From Candidatus Woesearchaeota archaeon (lineage in GTDB: Archaea > Nanobdellota > Nanobdellia > SCGC-AAA011-G17 > GW2011-AR18): a stretch of 32,507 nt of DNA. Positions 21,496-32,174 of this stretch are shown piece by piece (within the stretch, counting starts at the first letter, position 1; the number at the start of each line of letters is the position of its first letter). The notes under the pieces were generated by a model. The model was given only the letters and a program-made list of their open reading frames with translations, was not told the origin of the DNA and made no database searches. The position numbers were made by a program, and so were the translations under genes. Location of the stretch: assembly GCA_964395935.1 (NCBI GenBank), contig CAYNBR010000006.1, positions 1-32,507 on the forward strand. The letters run 5' to 3'.

Positions 21496-22695
21496 ATGTT
21501 AATAGAAATTTTTATCTCAATTTTAATAGGAATTATTTTAGGAATACTTACAGGCTTAGCACCAGGGATTCACATAAACTTAGTATCTGCAATAATCTTA
21601 GTTTCATCTGAAAAATTACTAAAGTATTTTCCAGCATTATATATAGCAACATCATTAATTTCAATGGCCATAACTCACACATTCTTAGATATCATCCCTT
21701 CAACATTTCTAGGCGTAGCAGATGCAGACAATGCATTAACAATTTTACCGAGTCATAAATTACTATTAGAAGGGAGAGCGACAGAATCAATAAAACTGGC
21801 ATTAATTGGCAGTTTTCTAGGTTTAATATTTACTATTTTAGCAACACCATTAATTATAGAAGCAACTTCAAAAGTATACCCATTGATAAAAAGTTATATA
21901 CCTTATATTCTAATAGGAATAAGTTTCTTAATTATGAAAAAAAGTAAAAATAAAAAATTAGCATTAACAATATTCACCTTAGCCGGGACATTAGGCATTG
22001 TAGTTTTCTCATTAAAAACCTTACAACAACCTTTATTCCCATTATTATCGGGTTTATTTGGGATAAGTGGATTAATATTAAGCATAAAAAATAAAATAAA
22101 AATCCCAGAACAAATAAGAGATTTAAAAATAAAAATTAGTAACTTAAAATTGGCAAAAAATATAATTTCAGCAATTATATCTTCATTATTGACAAGCTTC
22201 TTACCAGGTTTAACATCTTCACACACAACAGCAGTAGCTTCTACGATAACAGAAATAGAAGATGAAAAAGATTACATAATTATCAACAATTCAATAAATA
22301 CAATTTCAATGTTTATGAGCATTATAGCATTATATTCTATAGAAAAGGCAAGAAATGGAGTTATAGTAACGCTATCAAATATAATAACAATAAATAAAAT
22401 CCATTTAGTTTATTTCACAGCAGTAACTTTAGTTACGGCGTTTATAGCAATATTATTAACCTTAAATTTAGAGAAAGTATTTTCAAGATTAATCCCAAAG
22501 ATAAATTACAAAGTTTTAGCATCATCAATTATTTTAATTATTTTTATATTAACAATATTTATTTCCGGCCCATTAGGAATATTAGTAATAATAACTTCCA
22601 CACTAGTTGGAATATTTTGTTTATTAACAGAAATAGAAAGGATTCATATGATGGGGACTTTAATATTACCAATTATTTTGTATTTTTTATTATAG
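21496..22695 (+). CDS. TctA/DUF112-family multi-pass membrane protein
   Basis: GILTGLAPGIHIN, ITHTFLDIIPSTFLG and LPSHKLLLEGRA motifs. Many transmembrane segments. Confidence 0.88.
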   Translation: MLIEIFISILIGIILGILTGLAPGIHINLVSAIILVSSEKLLKYFPALYIATSLISMAITHTFLDIIPSTFLGVADADNALTILPSHKLLLEGRATESIKLALIGSFLGLIFTILATPLIIEATSKVYPLIKSYIPYILIGISFLIMKKSKNKKLALTIFTLAGTLGIVVFSLKTLQQPLFPLLSGLFGISGLILSIKNKIKIPEQIRDLKIKISNLKLAKNIISAIISSLLTSFLPGLTSSHTTAVASTITEIEDEKDYIIINNSINTISMFMSIIALYSIEKARNGVIVTLSNIITINKIHLVYFTAVTLVTAFIAILLTLNLEKVFSRLIPKINYKVLASSIILIIFILTIFISGPLGILVIITSTLVGIFCLLTEIERIHMMGTLILPIILYFLL

Positions 22696-22729
22696 AATAA
22701 TTTATTAAGACTAAATCAAAGAAAAATAT

Positions 22730-22939
22730 ATGAATATTGAAGATTTAAAAAAAGAACTAAAAGAAAAGAAATTAAGATTAAAAAAATGGGCCCAACCAAA
22801 AGATAATAAAAATTGGAGCCATAATCATTGCGAAATATGCAATATAGAAATTTCAGATTTGAAAAATTGAGAGAATGAATCCTACAGTGATGAAAATAAT
22901 TTTTATTGGATTTGCAAAAAATGTTTAAATAAACTTTAA
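22730..22939 (+). pseudogene. Small CxxC...CxxC protein (69 codons) with an in-frame TGA at 22868-22870
   Basis: Manual translation MNIEDLKKELKEKKLRLKKWAQPKDNKNWSHNHCEICNIEISDLKN*ENESYSDENNFYWICKKCLNKL*. Confidence 0.65.
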
Positions 22940-25900
22940 GTAGCTTTAGCAGTTTCAAACCATCTTCCCAAACCTTCTTGTTTATCTTTCTCTTTACCAA
23001 ACAGCATATCAATTCTTTGTTTAGCCAATTCCAAAGTTTGTTTTAAATAACTAGGAACATTATATTTATCAGCCAAACTCATACTAGCTTCTAAATATTT
23101 AATAATACTTCCATGTGAAATTGTAAATAATATATTCCCCCCGCATTTAGTACAACTTCCTTTTAATGGCGGCCTCCTATATTTTTCATTGCAGCTAACA
23201 CACCTAAATTGTTGCTGTGAAAACTTTCTTAAATTGCCTTTAATGTCTCTAATAAAATGTCTTTCAATAACCAATCTAGCAACATCAGCAACATCAATGG
23301 CTCTAATTTTATCACCTAAAAGCATTTGTTTCTCAACTTTCTCCTGCATTGTGGGTATAGTTTTATAACTGCTGCATCTCACACCAGCATTAATATTTGT
23401 AGTATCATGAGTAAATCCCCAACCAGCATATTGTCCTTCTTTACCAAGTTCACTTTTCAAAGTTTTAATATTAACTTCATGCGGCTGTTTATATTCCATA
23501 CAAGCCTCATATAATTCTAAAGGATATTTCCATACAATATCCATGTCAAAAACCATGTCATCAACTTCAGCAGGAATTATCATTGAACTTAAGACTAAGG
23601 GTTCATCCTGTGTTGCACCCCTATGATCACTAAGTAATTTAGGAGAAAAATTAATTAATGCATCCATCATTAAGATTATACAAGCCTCATCGCCGTCAGC
23701 GTCTCTTCTCATAATACTGTGAAATAAAGGACTGGCTAGCATAACTTGAGTTTTAGAAAATCCAATTATTCTTCCAACAATACCTGCAGCGGTATGTGGA
23801 CTCAATCCAACAACTAAATGTCCTACAATATCTTCTTTTTTCCTAAGATTATAAAACCGGGGTAACCCATATAATTTCTCAAGTAAATCATCAATGAAAT
23901 TAGCAACCCTAGAAAGTATATAATCTGCCCCTTCATCTAAACTTTCAGGACATGAAGGCAATATTAAATCCTGGCATCTTAATTCTAATATTTGTTCCTC
24001 ACTAACTAATTCATTTCCATAAATATCATGAGCATATCCTAAGTTTTTTAATATATTAATATTTGTAAAAATCTCTTTTGGTTTGAAATGGGTAATACTC
24101 ATCTCAGTCATATCATATCTCGTTGTTCCATCTTTATTTACATGAATATTGTTTACAGCTCTTAAAATACCTTTGATTAAATTTTCAGGAATGTGGTCTT
24201 TATTAGCAGTTCCCCTAACACCCTTAATTAGTTCTGGATAATTATTAGTTCCTAATTTTCTTAAGGCATCATCAAAATATTCTTTAATATTTATTTCCAT
24301 ATCTACATAGTTTATAACAGTTTCATGCCCGCACTTGCCACTTTTATCTTCGCATTGTCTGCAAGAAAATATAGCTTCAGTTTTATTCCCACATTTATGG
24401 CATTTAAAATAAACAGAATTTATATTGCAGGTTTTACATATTAAATTTGTAAACTGTGCCTTAACCTTGCCTTTCTCCAGGGCAGCTTGAAAACACCTTA
24501 ATCTCCCACCCTCTTTACCAACTGGAAATAAAGCATGTGGACTTCCAGTTAACTTTCTCATTTTAGCTTTTTCAGGTCTTCCCATTCTAGAACCAATGTA
24601 TAATCCAGATTTATTTCTAAGCTTAACTTCACTAATTTTATTTACAATTTCTAAAACATTAGAGTTCTCAACAATTTCATTCTTTATTTTCTCAAAATCA
24701 AAATCAGAATTAAGGAATCCCAAACTAACCCTCAATGCCAAAGCCCAATCATTTTCAATAACCACATACTCATTATTTGCAACAATATGAGGGCAACCGA
24801 GTAATTCTAAAACCCTCTTAGGTGAAAGATCATTTATTATTGGCAATATAATTTTATCAGGTTTAACAACACCATAATTTAACCACTCAATTAACTGTTT
24901 AAATTGCTCCAAAGTTAAATCTGCAAAATGAAGAGTATATTTTGGATGTAATGGAAAACTATATTCTTTACTCAAAGCAATTGCAGCTTCACAATTGATT
25001 TTTACATTATTTGGTTTATTAATTAAATCTAAATAAACTTCTTTATTTTTGCCAACAGCCTTATCTAATTCTAAAGCCCACCAATCTTCATTATATCCCA
25101 TAGGTGCTAAAATATGTCCCCTATTCAAAAAATAACCATAATTAATTAAAATATCACCCATAAAAATTATTTCTTGCACATCTTTTACAACACTTCTAGC
25201 CTCTTCTTCAGTTTCAAGAAAAACTACATTTCCATTTTTTAATTTAACAATTGGACCTTCAATATTATCACAAACACTAATTGTGGTACTTTTTCCAGGC
25301 CTCTCGGTTTTTAACTGCGTACCGTAAGCAATAAAATCATCTAATATTACCATTGTGGCTGGATGTATTGCATCATCACTCAATCCAGTAGTTCTAGCCC
25401 TCCCGAGTCGAATTCTAAATGCCCCCGTTCTTAACGGATATCCCAACACAGGCCTTCCAGCAACTAGATCTTTTATAAAATTATAATCCGGAACTATTTT
25501 AGCCCCGCCTTCTTTTTTAATCGAACCTTTAGCCCTTATTTCTTTTTGTAATCTCACATATTCTTCTAAAAATTTCCAATGTTCCATTCCCATTTCAACA
25601 TTCCACTTAGAAAATTTATTCCAAAATTTAGCAAACTTCTGACATAAACCTTCAGCCATAACCAAACAAAAGCCATTTCTTAATTTATTTGTAGAAACTC
25701 TTGGTAAATCTTTATAATTGGGTACATCTATCTTCTCACTTGCATCCCCATCGATTTGTATTGGCAAATGTCTTGTAATAAATTCAGCCTCCTTTTCAGA
25801 AGGAAAATATTGTAAATTTGTTATTCTATCATGAAAATGTTCCAATTCACTAAAAGTTCTTTTAATTTCTTCTTCTGTCGGATCATAAGCTGCATAACCG

Positions 25901-26433
25901 CACTTTATTCTTATATAATCTGCAGCAGCTAAAAATATACAAGTAGCAGTAGTTCCTGCACTCCTTATTGGCCCCCCAAAATATAAACAAAAATATTCTT
26001 TACCATCATCTCTTCTTTTTTTAAGTTCTAATCTAACAAAACCTTCTAAAGGAGAAGACACAACCCCATTAGTAATATAAGCTAAAGCAGTTCTCAAAGA
26101 AATTTCTATAGCTTCTTTTTTTTCTTTAAATTTGCAAAATTTTTCATTAACAATTTCTTCAGCAATTAAAAAAGCAATTTTCCAGTTTTGTCTTCCGAAT
26201 TGTTCTTCTAATTCTCTTATTCTCTGACTAACGCCACTCCCTCTAATTTGTGAAGCTGCAACGGCAATTAATCCCTCAACTCTTTCTGCCATGTTTTTAG
26301 CTAAAGGAATTTCAACCTTAGTATCTGGATCAAAACCTTTAGCTCTCGCCTTATTAGCAACATCATAGCAAACAGCAATAGAATTATCAATACCTAAGAA
26401 ATAATCTTCCATTAATTTGTTCATTTCAGCCAT
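22936..26433 (-). CDS. polC: DNA polymerase D large subunit DP2 (no intein seen)
   Basis: GPIRSAGT, DLVAGRPV, RMGRPEKAK, VNKDGTTRYD, RRDADGDE and a C-terminal CxxC zinc finger. Start placed at ATG 26433, which overlaps the DP1 stop (the track gives 26454). Confidence 0.97.
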   Translation of the reverse strand: MAEMNKLMEDYFLGIDNSIAVCYDVANKARAKGFDPDTKVEIPLAKNMAERVEGLIAVAASQIRGSGVSQRIRELEEQFGRQNWKIAFLIAEEIVNEKFCKFKEKKEAIEISLRTALAYITNGVVSSPLEGFVRLELKKRRDDGKEYFCLYFGGPIRSAGTTATCIFLAAADYIRIKCGYAAYDPTEEEIKRTFSELEHFHDRITNLQYFPSEKEAEFITRHLPIQIDGDASEKIDVPNYKDLPRVSTNKLRNGFCLVMAEGLCQKFAKFWNKFSKWNVEMGMEHWKFLEEYVRLQKEIRAKGSIKKEGGAKIVPDYNFIKDLVAGRPVLGYPLRTGAFRIRLGRARTTGLSDDAIHPATMVILDDFIAYGTQLKTERPGKSTTISVCDNIEGPIVKLKNGNVVFLETEEEARSVVKDVQEIIFMGDILINYGYFLNRGHILAPMGYNEDWWALELDKAVGKNKEVYLDLINKPNNVKINCEAAIALSKEYSFPLHPKYTLHFADLTLEQFKQLIEWLNYGVVKPDKIILPIINDLSPKRVLELLGCPHIVANNEYVVIENDWALALRVSLGFLNSDFDFEKIKNEIVENSNVLEIVNKISEVKLRNKSGLYIGSRMGRPEKAKMRKLTGSPHALFPVGKEGGRLRCFQAALEKGKVKAQFTNLICKTCNINSVYFKCHKCGNKTEAIFSCRQCEDKSGKCGHETVINYVDMEINIKEYFDDALRKLGTNNYPELIKGVRGTANKDHIPENLIKGILRAVNNIHVNKDGTTRYDMTEMSITHFKPKEIFTNINILKNLGYAHDIYGNELVSEEQILELRCQDLILPSCPESLDEGADYILSRVANFIDDLLEKLYGLPRFYNLRKKEDIVGHLVVGLSPHTAAGIVGRIIGFSKTQVMLASPLFHSIMRRDADGDEACIILMMDALINFSPKLLSDHRGATQDEPLVLSSMIIPAEVDDMVFDMDIVWKYPLELYEACMEYKQPHEVNIKTLKSELGKEGQYAGWGFTHDTTNINAGVRCSSYKTIPTMQEKVEKQMLLGDKIRAIDVADVARLVIERHFIRDIKGNLRKFSQQQFRCVSCNEKYRRPPLKGSCTKCGGNILFTISHGSIIKYLEASMSLADKYNVPSYLKQTLELAKQRIDMLFGKEKDKQEGLGRWFETAKAT

Positions 26434-27988
26434 TTTTAGGAATCCTATCTTCAACTAAAACCTTAACACCATCACTTAAAAAATTCATAATCTTAACTTC
26501 CCTGGTTTGTAAATTCATAATTGGAATTTTAGCCGGCTCAGGAATTATCCCTCTTTTAGCATTATCTTCACTCTGAACAACCCAGCAAGAACTATTAATT
26601 AAAGAAACATTCCTATAACCTCCAACAAGAATTTGATGTATATGCCCAGAAACAAAAACATCTGGAATTGTATCTATAACCAAACTATCTTCTTCAGGAT
26701 CAGGAACATAAAGTGTAGCCCCGTGAGAAGGAGCAAGATGTCTTCTTTGTAATAAAAATTTCATTATCAAATCACACCTCTTCATTCCCCCTTTACTTCT
26801 TATACTGGGTACATTTTCAGAAAAATAAGGAAAACTAAAACCATGATACATTAAAACATCAAGCCCTGGGAAATCTTCACTAGAATCAATATTTACAATA
26901 GCAGGATTACTAACCATTATAAAATTAGGCAATTCGTAAAACCCCTTAGCCATTTCCCTAGCAAATAAGGGTTGTGGTTCAGACATCCTTATTGCATCAT
27001 GATTGCCCCCGCAAACAATAACTTTTATTCTTTCAGGAACCAATTTTAAATACCTGGCAGCTTCATCATACTGCGCATAAATATCTTTAATACTTAAATC
27101 ATTTTCCTGTCCAGGATAGATACCAACACCTTCAACAACATCTCCTGTAATAAATAAATACTTCACTTTATTCGCAACATCTCTTTGTTGTTTATTCCCG
27201 AATTCACCATTTAACCAAGATAAAAATTTCATAAAATCTTCTCCTAAGAAGTTTTTGATACCGAAATGGATATCACTTATAAAAACAGCATAACCTTCAG
27301 TTGGCGATTTTTTTAATTCGTGATTAATTGGAATTTCAGGTAAAAATATATTATTACAAAAAACAATTTTATTTCCAGTAACACCGGTTATGCCAATTAT
27401 TTCATCTAATACTAAATCATTGGCCATATCAAATATTTCTTGTTTATTTTTATTTATTAAAACATCAATAGTTCCTGTAGGGTCTTCCAAAGTAATTTTT
27501 ATATTTCCATTTTTAGTTTCATTTTTATTTAAAACTAACCCAATTATACTAACACTCTGCCTTTCTTCTTTTCTAGCCAATCTACTAATAGAAATACTCT
27601 CTTGTAAATCCTGTCTATTCAACAAGATTTTCCTTAAAGAATCATATCTTCTTCTAAAATAATTTACAAAAGATTGTACGTCTTTTTTCTTTACTTCTTT
27701 ATCATAAGACTTTTTTATAATAACTCTTCCAAAATTAATTTCCTCTTTTTTTGCTTCTATAAGTCTAATTTCTTCAAGAACCATTGCTCCTGAAGAGTTT
27801 TCACTAATTTTATTATCCAAAAATTCTTTTAATTCCGAATCTAAAATAAAAGAGTCTGTTTGTAATTTTTGTCTTGCCTTTGTAAAAAAAGAATTATAAT
27901 CAAAATCCTCAGGAACACCATTAAAAAGGTCAGGACTAACTAAAACCCCATATTCTAAAAATTTCCTTAAAACTTCTGTTTTGTCCAT
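26426..27988 (-). CDS. polB: DNA polymerase D small subunit DP1 (proofreading exonuclease)
   Basis: OB fold (LEDPTG) plus phosphoesterase motifs SDIHFG, GDVVEGVGIYPGQ, GNHD, YHG, RRHLAP and GHIH. Confidence 0.95.
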   Translation of the reverse strand: MDKTEVLRKFLEYGVLVSPDLFNGVPEDFDYNSFFTKARQKLQTDSFILDSELKEFLDNKISENSSGAMVLEEIRLIEAKKEEINFGRVIIKKSYDKEVKKKDVQSFVNYFRRRYDSLRKILLNRQDLQESISISRLARKEERQSVSIIGLVLNKNETKNGNIKITLEDPTGTIDVLINKNKQEIFDMANDLVLDEIIGITGVTGNKIVFCNNIFLPEIPINHELKKSPTEGYAVFISDIHFGIKNFLGEDFMKFLSWLNGEFGNKQQRDVANKVKYLFITGDVVEGVGIYPGQENDLSIKDIYAQYDEAARYLKLVPERIKVIVCGGNHDAIRMSEPQPLFAREMAKGFYELPNFIMVSNPAIVNIDSSEDFPGLDVLMYHGFSFPYFSENVPSIRSKGGMKRCDLIMKFLLQRRHLAPSHGATLYVPDPEEDSLVIDTIPDVFVSGHIHQILVGGYRNVSLINSSCWVVQSEDNAKRGIIPEPAKIPIMNLQTREVKIMNFLSDGVKVLVEDRIPKNG

Positions 27989-27992
27989 GTGG

Positions 27993-29201
27993 TCATAAAT
28001 TAAGGCCTTCTTTTAATATCTGTCTTATCGCTGGGACTGTTGAAATGGGAATAGCCATTTTTATTTCTTTAGTCCTGCCATATCTTCCCTTTGAAATAAC
28101 TTTAGCATTAATTATTCCAAGCATATCTAATTCTGCAATTATATCTGAAACTCTCCTTTGTGTTAGTGCCTTTAAATTTACGCTGCCACATAATTCTTTA
28201 TAAATTTCATAAACATCTCCCGTAAATAAGGGCCCATCTGCTTTATCACATAAATTTAATACTGCTAACAAAGTAAGTTGGAATTGTTTTGGTTGTGTAT
28301 GTACAACATCTAAAATTTTATCTTTCTCAATTTTTTCTTCAGCATCATCGATATCTTTTATAGCGATCTTCATTTCTCCTCTTCTTTCTGCTAATTCTCC
28401 AGACACCCTTAATAATTCTAAAGCTCTTCTAGCATCTCCATGTTCTCTAGCCGCATAAGCAGCACATTTTTCAATTACTCCTTCCTGCACAACTCCTTTT
28501 CTAAAAGCCAATTTAGATCTCTCTCTTAAAATATCTTGAATTTGTACAGCATTATATGGCGCAAATACTAATTCTTCTTCACTTAAAGAACTTTTAACTC
28601 TAGGATCAATATTATCCATAAATAATAAATCATTAGAAATCCCAATTACAGCTAGCTCAACATTTTTAAGTTCTGAATTAATTCTAGTTAAATTATAAAG
28701 AATTTCATCTCCTGCTTTTTTAACAAGTTGATCAATCTCATCTAAAATTAATATAACTAACCTTTTATGTAATTCTAAATGTTTAATAAATAATTTATAA
28801 ACTTCATCTGTAGGCAACCCTGTAGCTGGAATCTCTAATCCAAATTCTTTAGCTAATTGTACGATTAACCTATATTCAGTATCAGCTACTCTCTTCAATT
28901 TACAATTTAAATAAACAATTTCTATTCCTAAATTTTTTTCAGTAGCAACTTTTAAAATTTGAGATGTAACATATTTACTAACAACTGTTTTTCCGGTTCC
29001 AGTTTTTCCGTAGAGAAAAAGATTTGAAGGTTTTTCTAATCTTAAACACGGAGCCAATACCCCTGCAATATAATTTATTTGTTCTTCTCTATGGGGGATC
29101 ATTTCTGGAGTATAATTTGACTGTAAAACTTTTTTATTAGAAAACAAAGGTTGTTTCTCTAAGTAACCTGTAAAGAATTTGTTTAAACTATCACCACTCA
29201 T
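27993..29201 (-). CDS. cdc6: Orc1/Cdc6 replication initiator
   Basis: IPHREEQI, GKTGTGKT, ILDEIDQL, HGDARRAL, and the wHTH end ISKGRYGRT. Start placed at ATG 29201, about 25 nt after a TATA-like element (the track gives 29240). Confidence 0.96.
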   Translation of the reverse strand: MSGDSLNKFFTGYLEKQPLFSNKKVLQSNYTPEMIPHREEQINYIAGVLAPCLRLEKPSNLFLYGKTGTGKTVVSKYVTSQILKVATEKNLGIEIVYLNCKLKRVADTEYRLIVQLAKEFGLEIPATGLPTDEVYKLFIKHLELHKRLVILILDEIDQLVKKAGDEILYNLTRINSELKNVELAVIGISNDLLFMDNIDPRVKSSLSEEELVFAPYNAVQIQDILRERSKLAFRKGVVQEGVIEKCAAYAAREHGDARRALELLRVSGELAERRGEMKIAIKDIDDAEEKIEKDKILDVVHTQPKQFQLTLLAVLNLCDKADGPLFTGDVYEIYKELCGSVNLKALTQRRVSDIIAELDMLGIINAKVISKGRYGRTKEIKMAIPISTVPAIRQILKEGLNL

Positions 29202-29252
29202 AGTTTTAGTAATTTTATTCAAAGATATAAAGATTTTCATATTATAATATAT

Positions 29253-29545
29253 ACACCTACACCACTACTTCCGATGGAAAACTATTTTTAAGAAATTTAA
29301 CCTAAATTTCAAGTTTCAACTAAAAAGTAACACCATAATTTCCAGTAGAGAATATAATATAATAATATAAAGATTATAATATATATAATATATAATAGAA
29401 AAACTTAAATAATAAAACATAAAAAAAGACAAAATTTGATTATTTTTTAAAATTTTTAACTAAACTAAACTAAAACAGCAAATTAACATAATTCCAATAG
29501 AAAATCTATTATTATATTCCATATGCAATCAAAGGGTGTGGGTGT
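29253..29545. other. Probable replication origin (ORB-like elements around an AT-rich unwinding region)
   Basis: Minus strand: TTTTCCATCGGAAGTAGTGGTGTAGGTGT (29253-29281) and TTCTCTACTGGAAATTATGGTGT (29330-29352). Plus strand: TTCCAATAGAAAA (29492-29504) and TTCCATATGCAATCAAAGGGTGTGGGTGT (29517-29545). Adjacent to cdc6. Confidence 0.8.
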
Positions 29546-29646
29546 CCACAAGAAATTAAGGTTTAAAATTTAACAATAAAATCATTCTAAAATTCAAGTT
29601 AAAAAATACAAATATTTATAAATAAGCTTCAATATAAACTAATAAA

Positions 29647-29907
29647 ATGGATGAAGATAAAAGATATTCTAGGCACGTTATTGGTAAAAAAGTCGTATCT
29701 AAAAGCGGTAAAGTCTTCGGCGAAGTAAGTAACTTAGTTTTTGAAACTAGAACCGGTGAAATACTTCAAATAGCTTTAAAGAATGCTACGAGTTATTGTG
29801 AAGGCTTGGATTTAGAAAAAACTAAACAAGGCGAAGTTTTATTACCTTACACAGCTGTAGTTGCTTTAGGTGACTTTATTGTTGTAGCAGAAGAAGAAAT
29901 AATTTAA
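29647..29907 (+). CDS. PRC-barrel protein (CdpB-like)
   Basis: IGKKVVSKSGKVFGEVSNLVFETRTGEI...LLPYTAVVALGDFIVV. Confidence 0.88.
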   Translation: MDEDKRYSRHVIGKKVVSKSGKVFGEVSNLVFETRTGEILQIALKNATSYCEGLDLEKTKQGEVLLPYTAVVALGDFIVVAEEEII

Positions 29908-30022
29908 TTTTTTTATTAATATTCTAAAATGAATTAAATACATATTTCTATAAACTTTAGCTTAAAAATAGGAAAATCAACTATAGAAAAGAATTTTAAC
30001 AGCAATAATTCTTAGAAATTTG

Positions 30023-30184
30023 ATGAATGACAAAGAATTTGTAGCAAATATAGAATTAAAAGAAGAAATAAAAATAGCTGCAAAAGTTCTAAAAGCTTTA
30101 GAAGAAAAATACAAACCAGAAGAATTTAGCGAAGCTAAAAAAGTTTATTCAGAATATAATTGGGACTTTATATTCAATGAATAG
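30023..30184 (+). CDS. Small hypothetical ORF (53 aa) or gene remnant
   Basis: Manual translation MNDKEFVANIELKEEIKIAAKVLKALEEKYKPEEFSEAKKVYSEYNWDFIFNE*. Codon pattern looks coding. Confidence 0.4.
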   Translation: MNDKEFVANIELKEEIKIAAKVLKALEEKYKPEEFSEAKKVYSEYNWDFIFNE

Positions 30185-30299
30185 ATTAAAAACAAGGAAA
30201 GGAAATCTTAGTTTTATAGACTTTTTAGCTAGAAACCTAAGAATTAATTATATTTTATAACCAATACATTTTTAAATTCTCTTCTTATTTATTACTAAA

Positions 30300-32174
30300 A
30301 TGGAAAAAGAACTAAATTATAAAAATACTTCAGAAATAAAAGTTTCTAAAAATATTACAGAACAAATCATAGGCCAGAGTAATGGTTTAAAAATCATAAA
30401 AAAAGCAGCCTTGCAGCGTCGTAATGTGTTATTAATAGGTGAACCAGGAACTGGTAAGTCGATGCTCGGTCAAGCCTTAGCAGAAAATGTCTCAATAACA
30501 AAATTAACAGACGTTTTATGTTTACCAAATGAACAAGATGAAAATAATCCTTTAATCAGAGTTTTACCAAAAGGCAAAGGAAAAGAATTAGTAAATAAAT
30601 TAAAATTACAAAACCTAGGTTCAAATAAAAATCAAAATATTATCTTCTTCATTTTAGTAATTATTACACTTATTACTCCTTGGTGGATTAGAAAACAATA
30701 CGGAGATATTTTAGCAGCAGCATCTTTAATAGGTTCAATGATTTTTTTAGCAGCTTTCGCAATTTTCTTAAGTCTAAACAGAAGAATGGGTGCAAACAAA
30801 GTAAAAGTTCCCAAATTACTAATTGATAATTCAGAACAAAAAACAGCGCCTTTTATTGATGCTACCGGTTCTCATTCAGGTGCATTATTAGGAGATTGTT
30901 TACATGATCCTCTACAAAGCGGAGGTTTAGGCACACCAGCACATGAAAGAATCATCTCAGGTTTTATACATAAAGCAAATGGCGGAGTTTTATTTATAGA
31001 TGAAATTGGATTATTAGACCCGCACTCACAACAAGAACTATTAACCTCTCTGCAAGAAAAAAGATATAGAATTACTGGCCAATCTGAACGTTCTAGCGGA
31101 GCAATGGTCTCAACAGAACCAGTTCCAACAGATTTTATTTTAATGGCTGCTGGAAACCTAGAAACGATAGAAAAAATGCACCCAGCATTAAGATCAAGAA
31201 TTAGAGGTTATGGCTATGAAGTTTATATGAACGACAACATGGATGATAATATTGAAAATAGAAATAAAATTATTCAATTTGTGGCTCAAGAAGTAACCAA
31301 AGATAAAAAAATCCCACATTTCCAAAAAGAAGCAGTAGATGAAATAATAAATGAAGCTAGAAAAATGGCAGGCATAGCTGGAAAATTAACAGTAAGATTA
31401 AGAGAACTAGGCGGCTTAGTAAGAGCAGCAGGTGACGTAGCCCTAGAAAATAATTCAAAATTTGTTACAAGAGACCAAGTTATTGAAGGAAAAAAATTTG
31501 CAAGACCTTTAGAACAGCAATTAGCAGATAAATATATAGAAAATAAAAAGAAATATGAAGTAATAATCACAACAGGAACAAGAATAGGAAGAGTTAATGG
31601 CCTGGCAGTTATAGGCCAAGGGGCAGCATTATCTGGCTTAGTTTTGCCAATAGAATCTGAAGTAACTAAAGGTGGAGAAAAAGCAGAGTTCATAGCAACC
31701 GGCCAATTAGGAGAAATAGCAAAAGAAGCAGTAAAAAATGTTTCAGCAATTATCCTAAAAACTTTTGGTGAAGATATAAAAGAAAAACATGATATTTTTA
31801 TTCAGTTCCTGCAGACTTCAGGCGGTGGAGTTGAAGGTGACTCTGCATCAATAGCTGTAGCAATAGCAATAATTTCAGCTTTAAAGAATGTTCCAGTGAG
31901 ACAGGACACAGCCATGACAGGTTCATTGTCAATTAGGGGCGAAGTTTTAGCAATAGGGGGGGCTACAGCAAAAGTAGAAGCTGCAATAGGCGCAGGATTA
32001 AAACAAGTAATAATTCCCAAATCAAATGAAAAAGATTTAGTCTTGTCAGATGAACAAAAAAAATTGATAAAAATTATCCCAGTTTTAAATATTAAGGAGG
32101 TTCTAGAAAATAGTTTAGATTGGAAAGGAAAAGAAAGCATATTAAAAAAAATTAAATTCTACAACCAAAAATGA
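30300..32174 (+). CDS. lonB: Membrane-anchored archaeal Lon protease (LonB)
   Basis: GEPGTGKS, two-helix transmembrane insertion, [25 protein letters not shown], and the Ser-Lys dyad (EGDSAS...KVEAA). Confidence 0.96.
   Translation: MEKELNYKNTSEIKVSKNITEQIIGQSNGLKIIKKAALQRRNVLLIGEPGTGKSMLGQALAENVSITKLTDVLCLPNEQDENNPLIRVLPKGKGKELVNKLKLQNLGSNKNQNIIFFILVIITLITPWWIRKQYGDILAAASLIGSMIFLAAFAIFLSLNRRMGANKVKVPKLLIDNSEQKTAPFIDATGSHSGALLGDCLHDPLQSGGLGTPAHERIISGFIHKANGGVLFIDEIGLLDPHSQQELLTSLQEKRYRITGQSERSSGAMVSTEPVPTDFILMAAGNLETIEKMHPALRSRIRGYGYEVYMNDNMDDNIENRNKIIQFVAQEVTKDKKIPHFQKEAVDEIINEARKMAGIAGKLTVRLRELGGLVRAAGDVALENNSKFVTRDQVIEGKKFARPLEQQLADKYIENKKKYEVIITTGTRIGRVNGLAVIGQGAALSGLVLPIESEVTKGGEKAEFIATGQLGEIAKEAVKNVSAIILKTFGEDIKEKHDIFIQFLQTSGGGVEGDSASIAVAIAIISALKNVPVRQDTAMTGSLSIRGEVLAIGGATAKVEAAIGAGLKQVIIPKSNEKDLVLSDEQKKLIKIIPVLNIKEVLENSLDWKGKESILKKIKFYNQK

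Noticed and set aside
29340..29480. CRISPR array or tandem repeat
   Set aside because: Only low-complexity A/T sequence with no repeat-spacer periodicity. Better explained as an origin unwinding element.
22936..32174. Inteins in DP2, Cdc6 or LonB
   Set aside because: Lengths are normal and no splicing motifs were seen.
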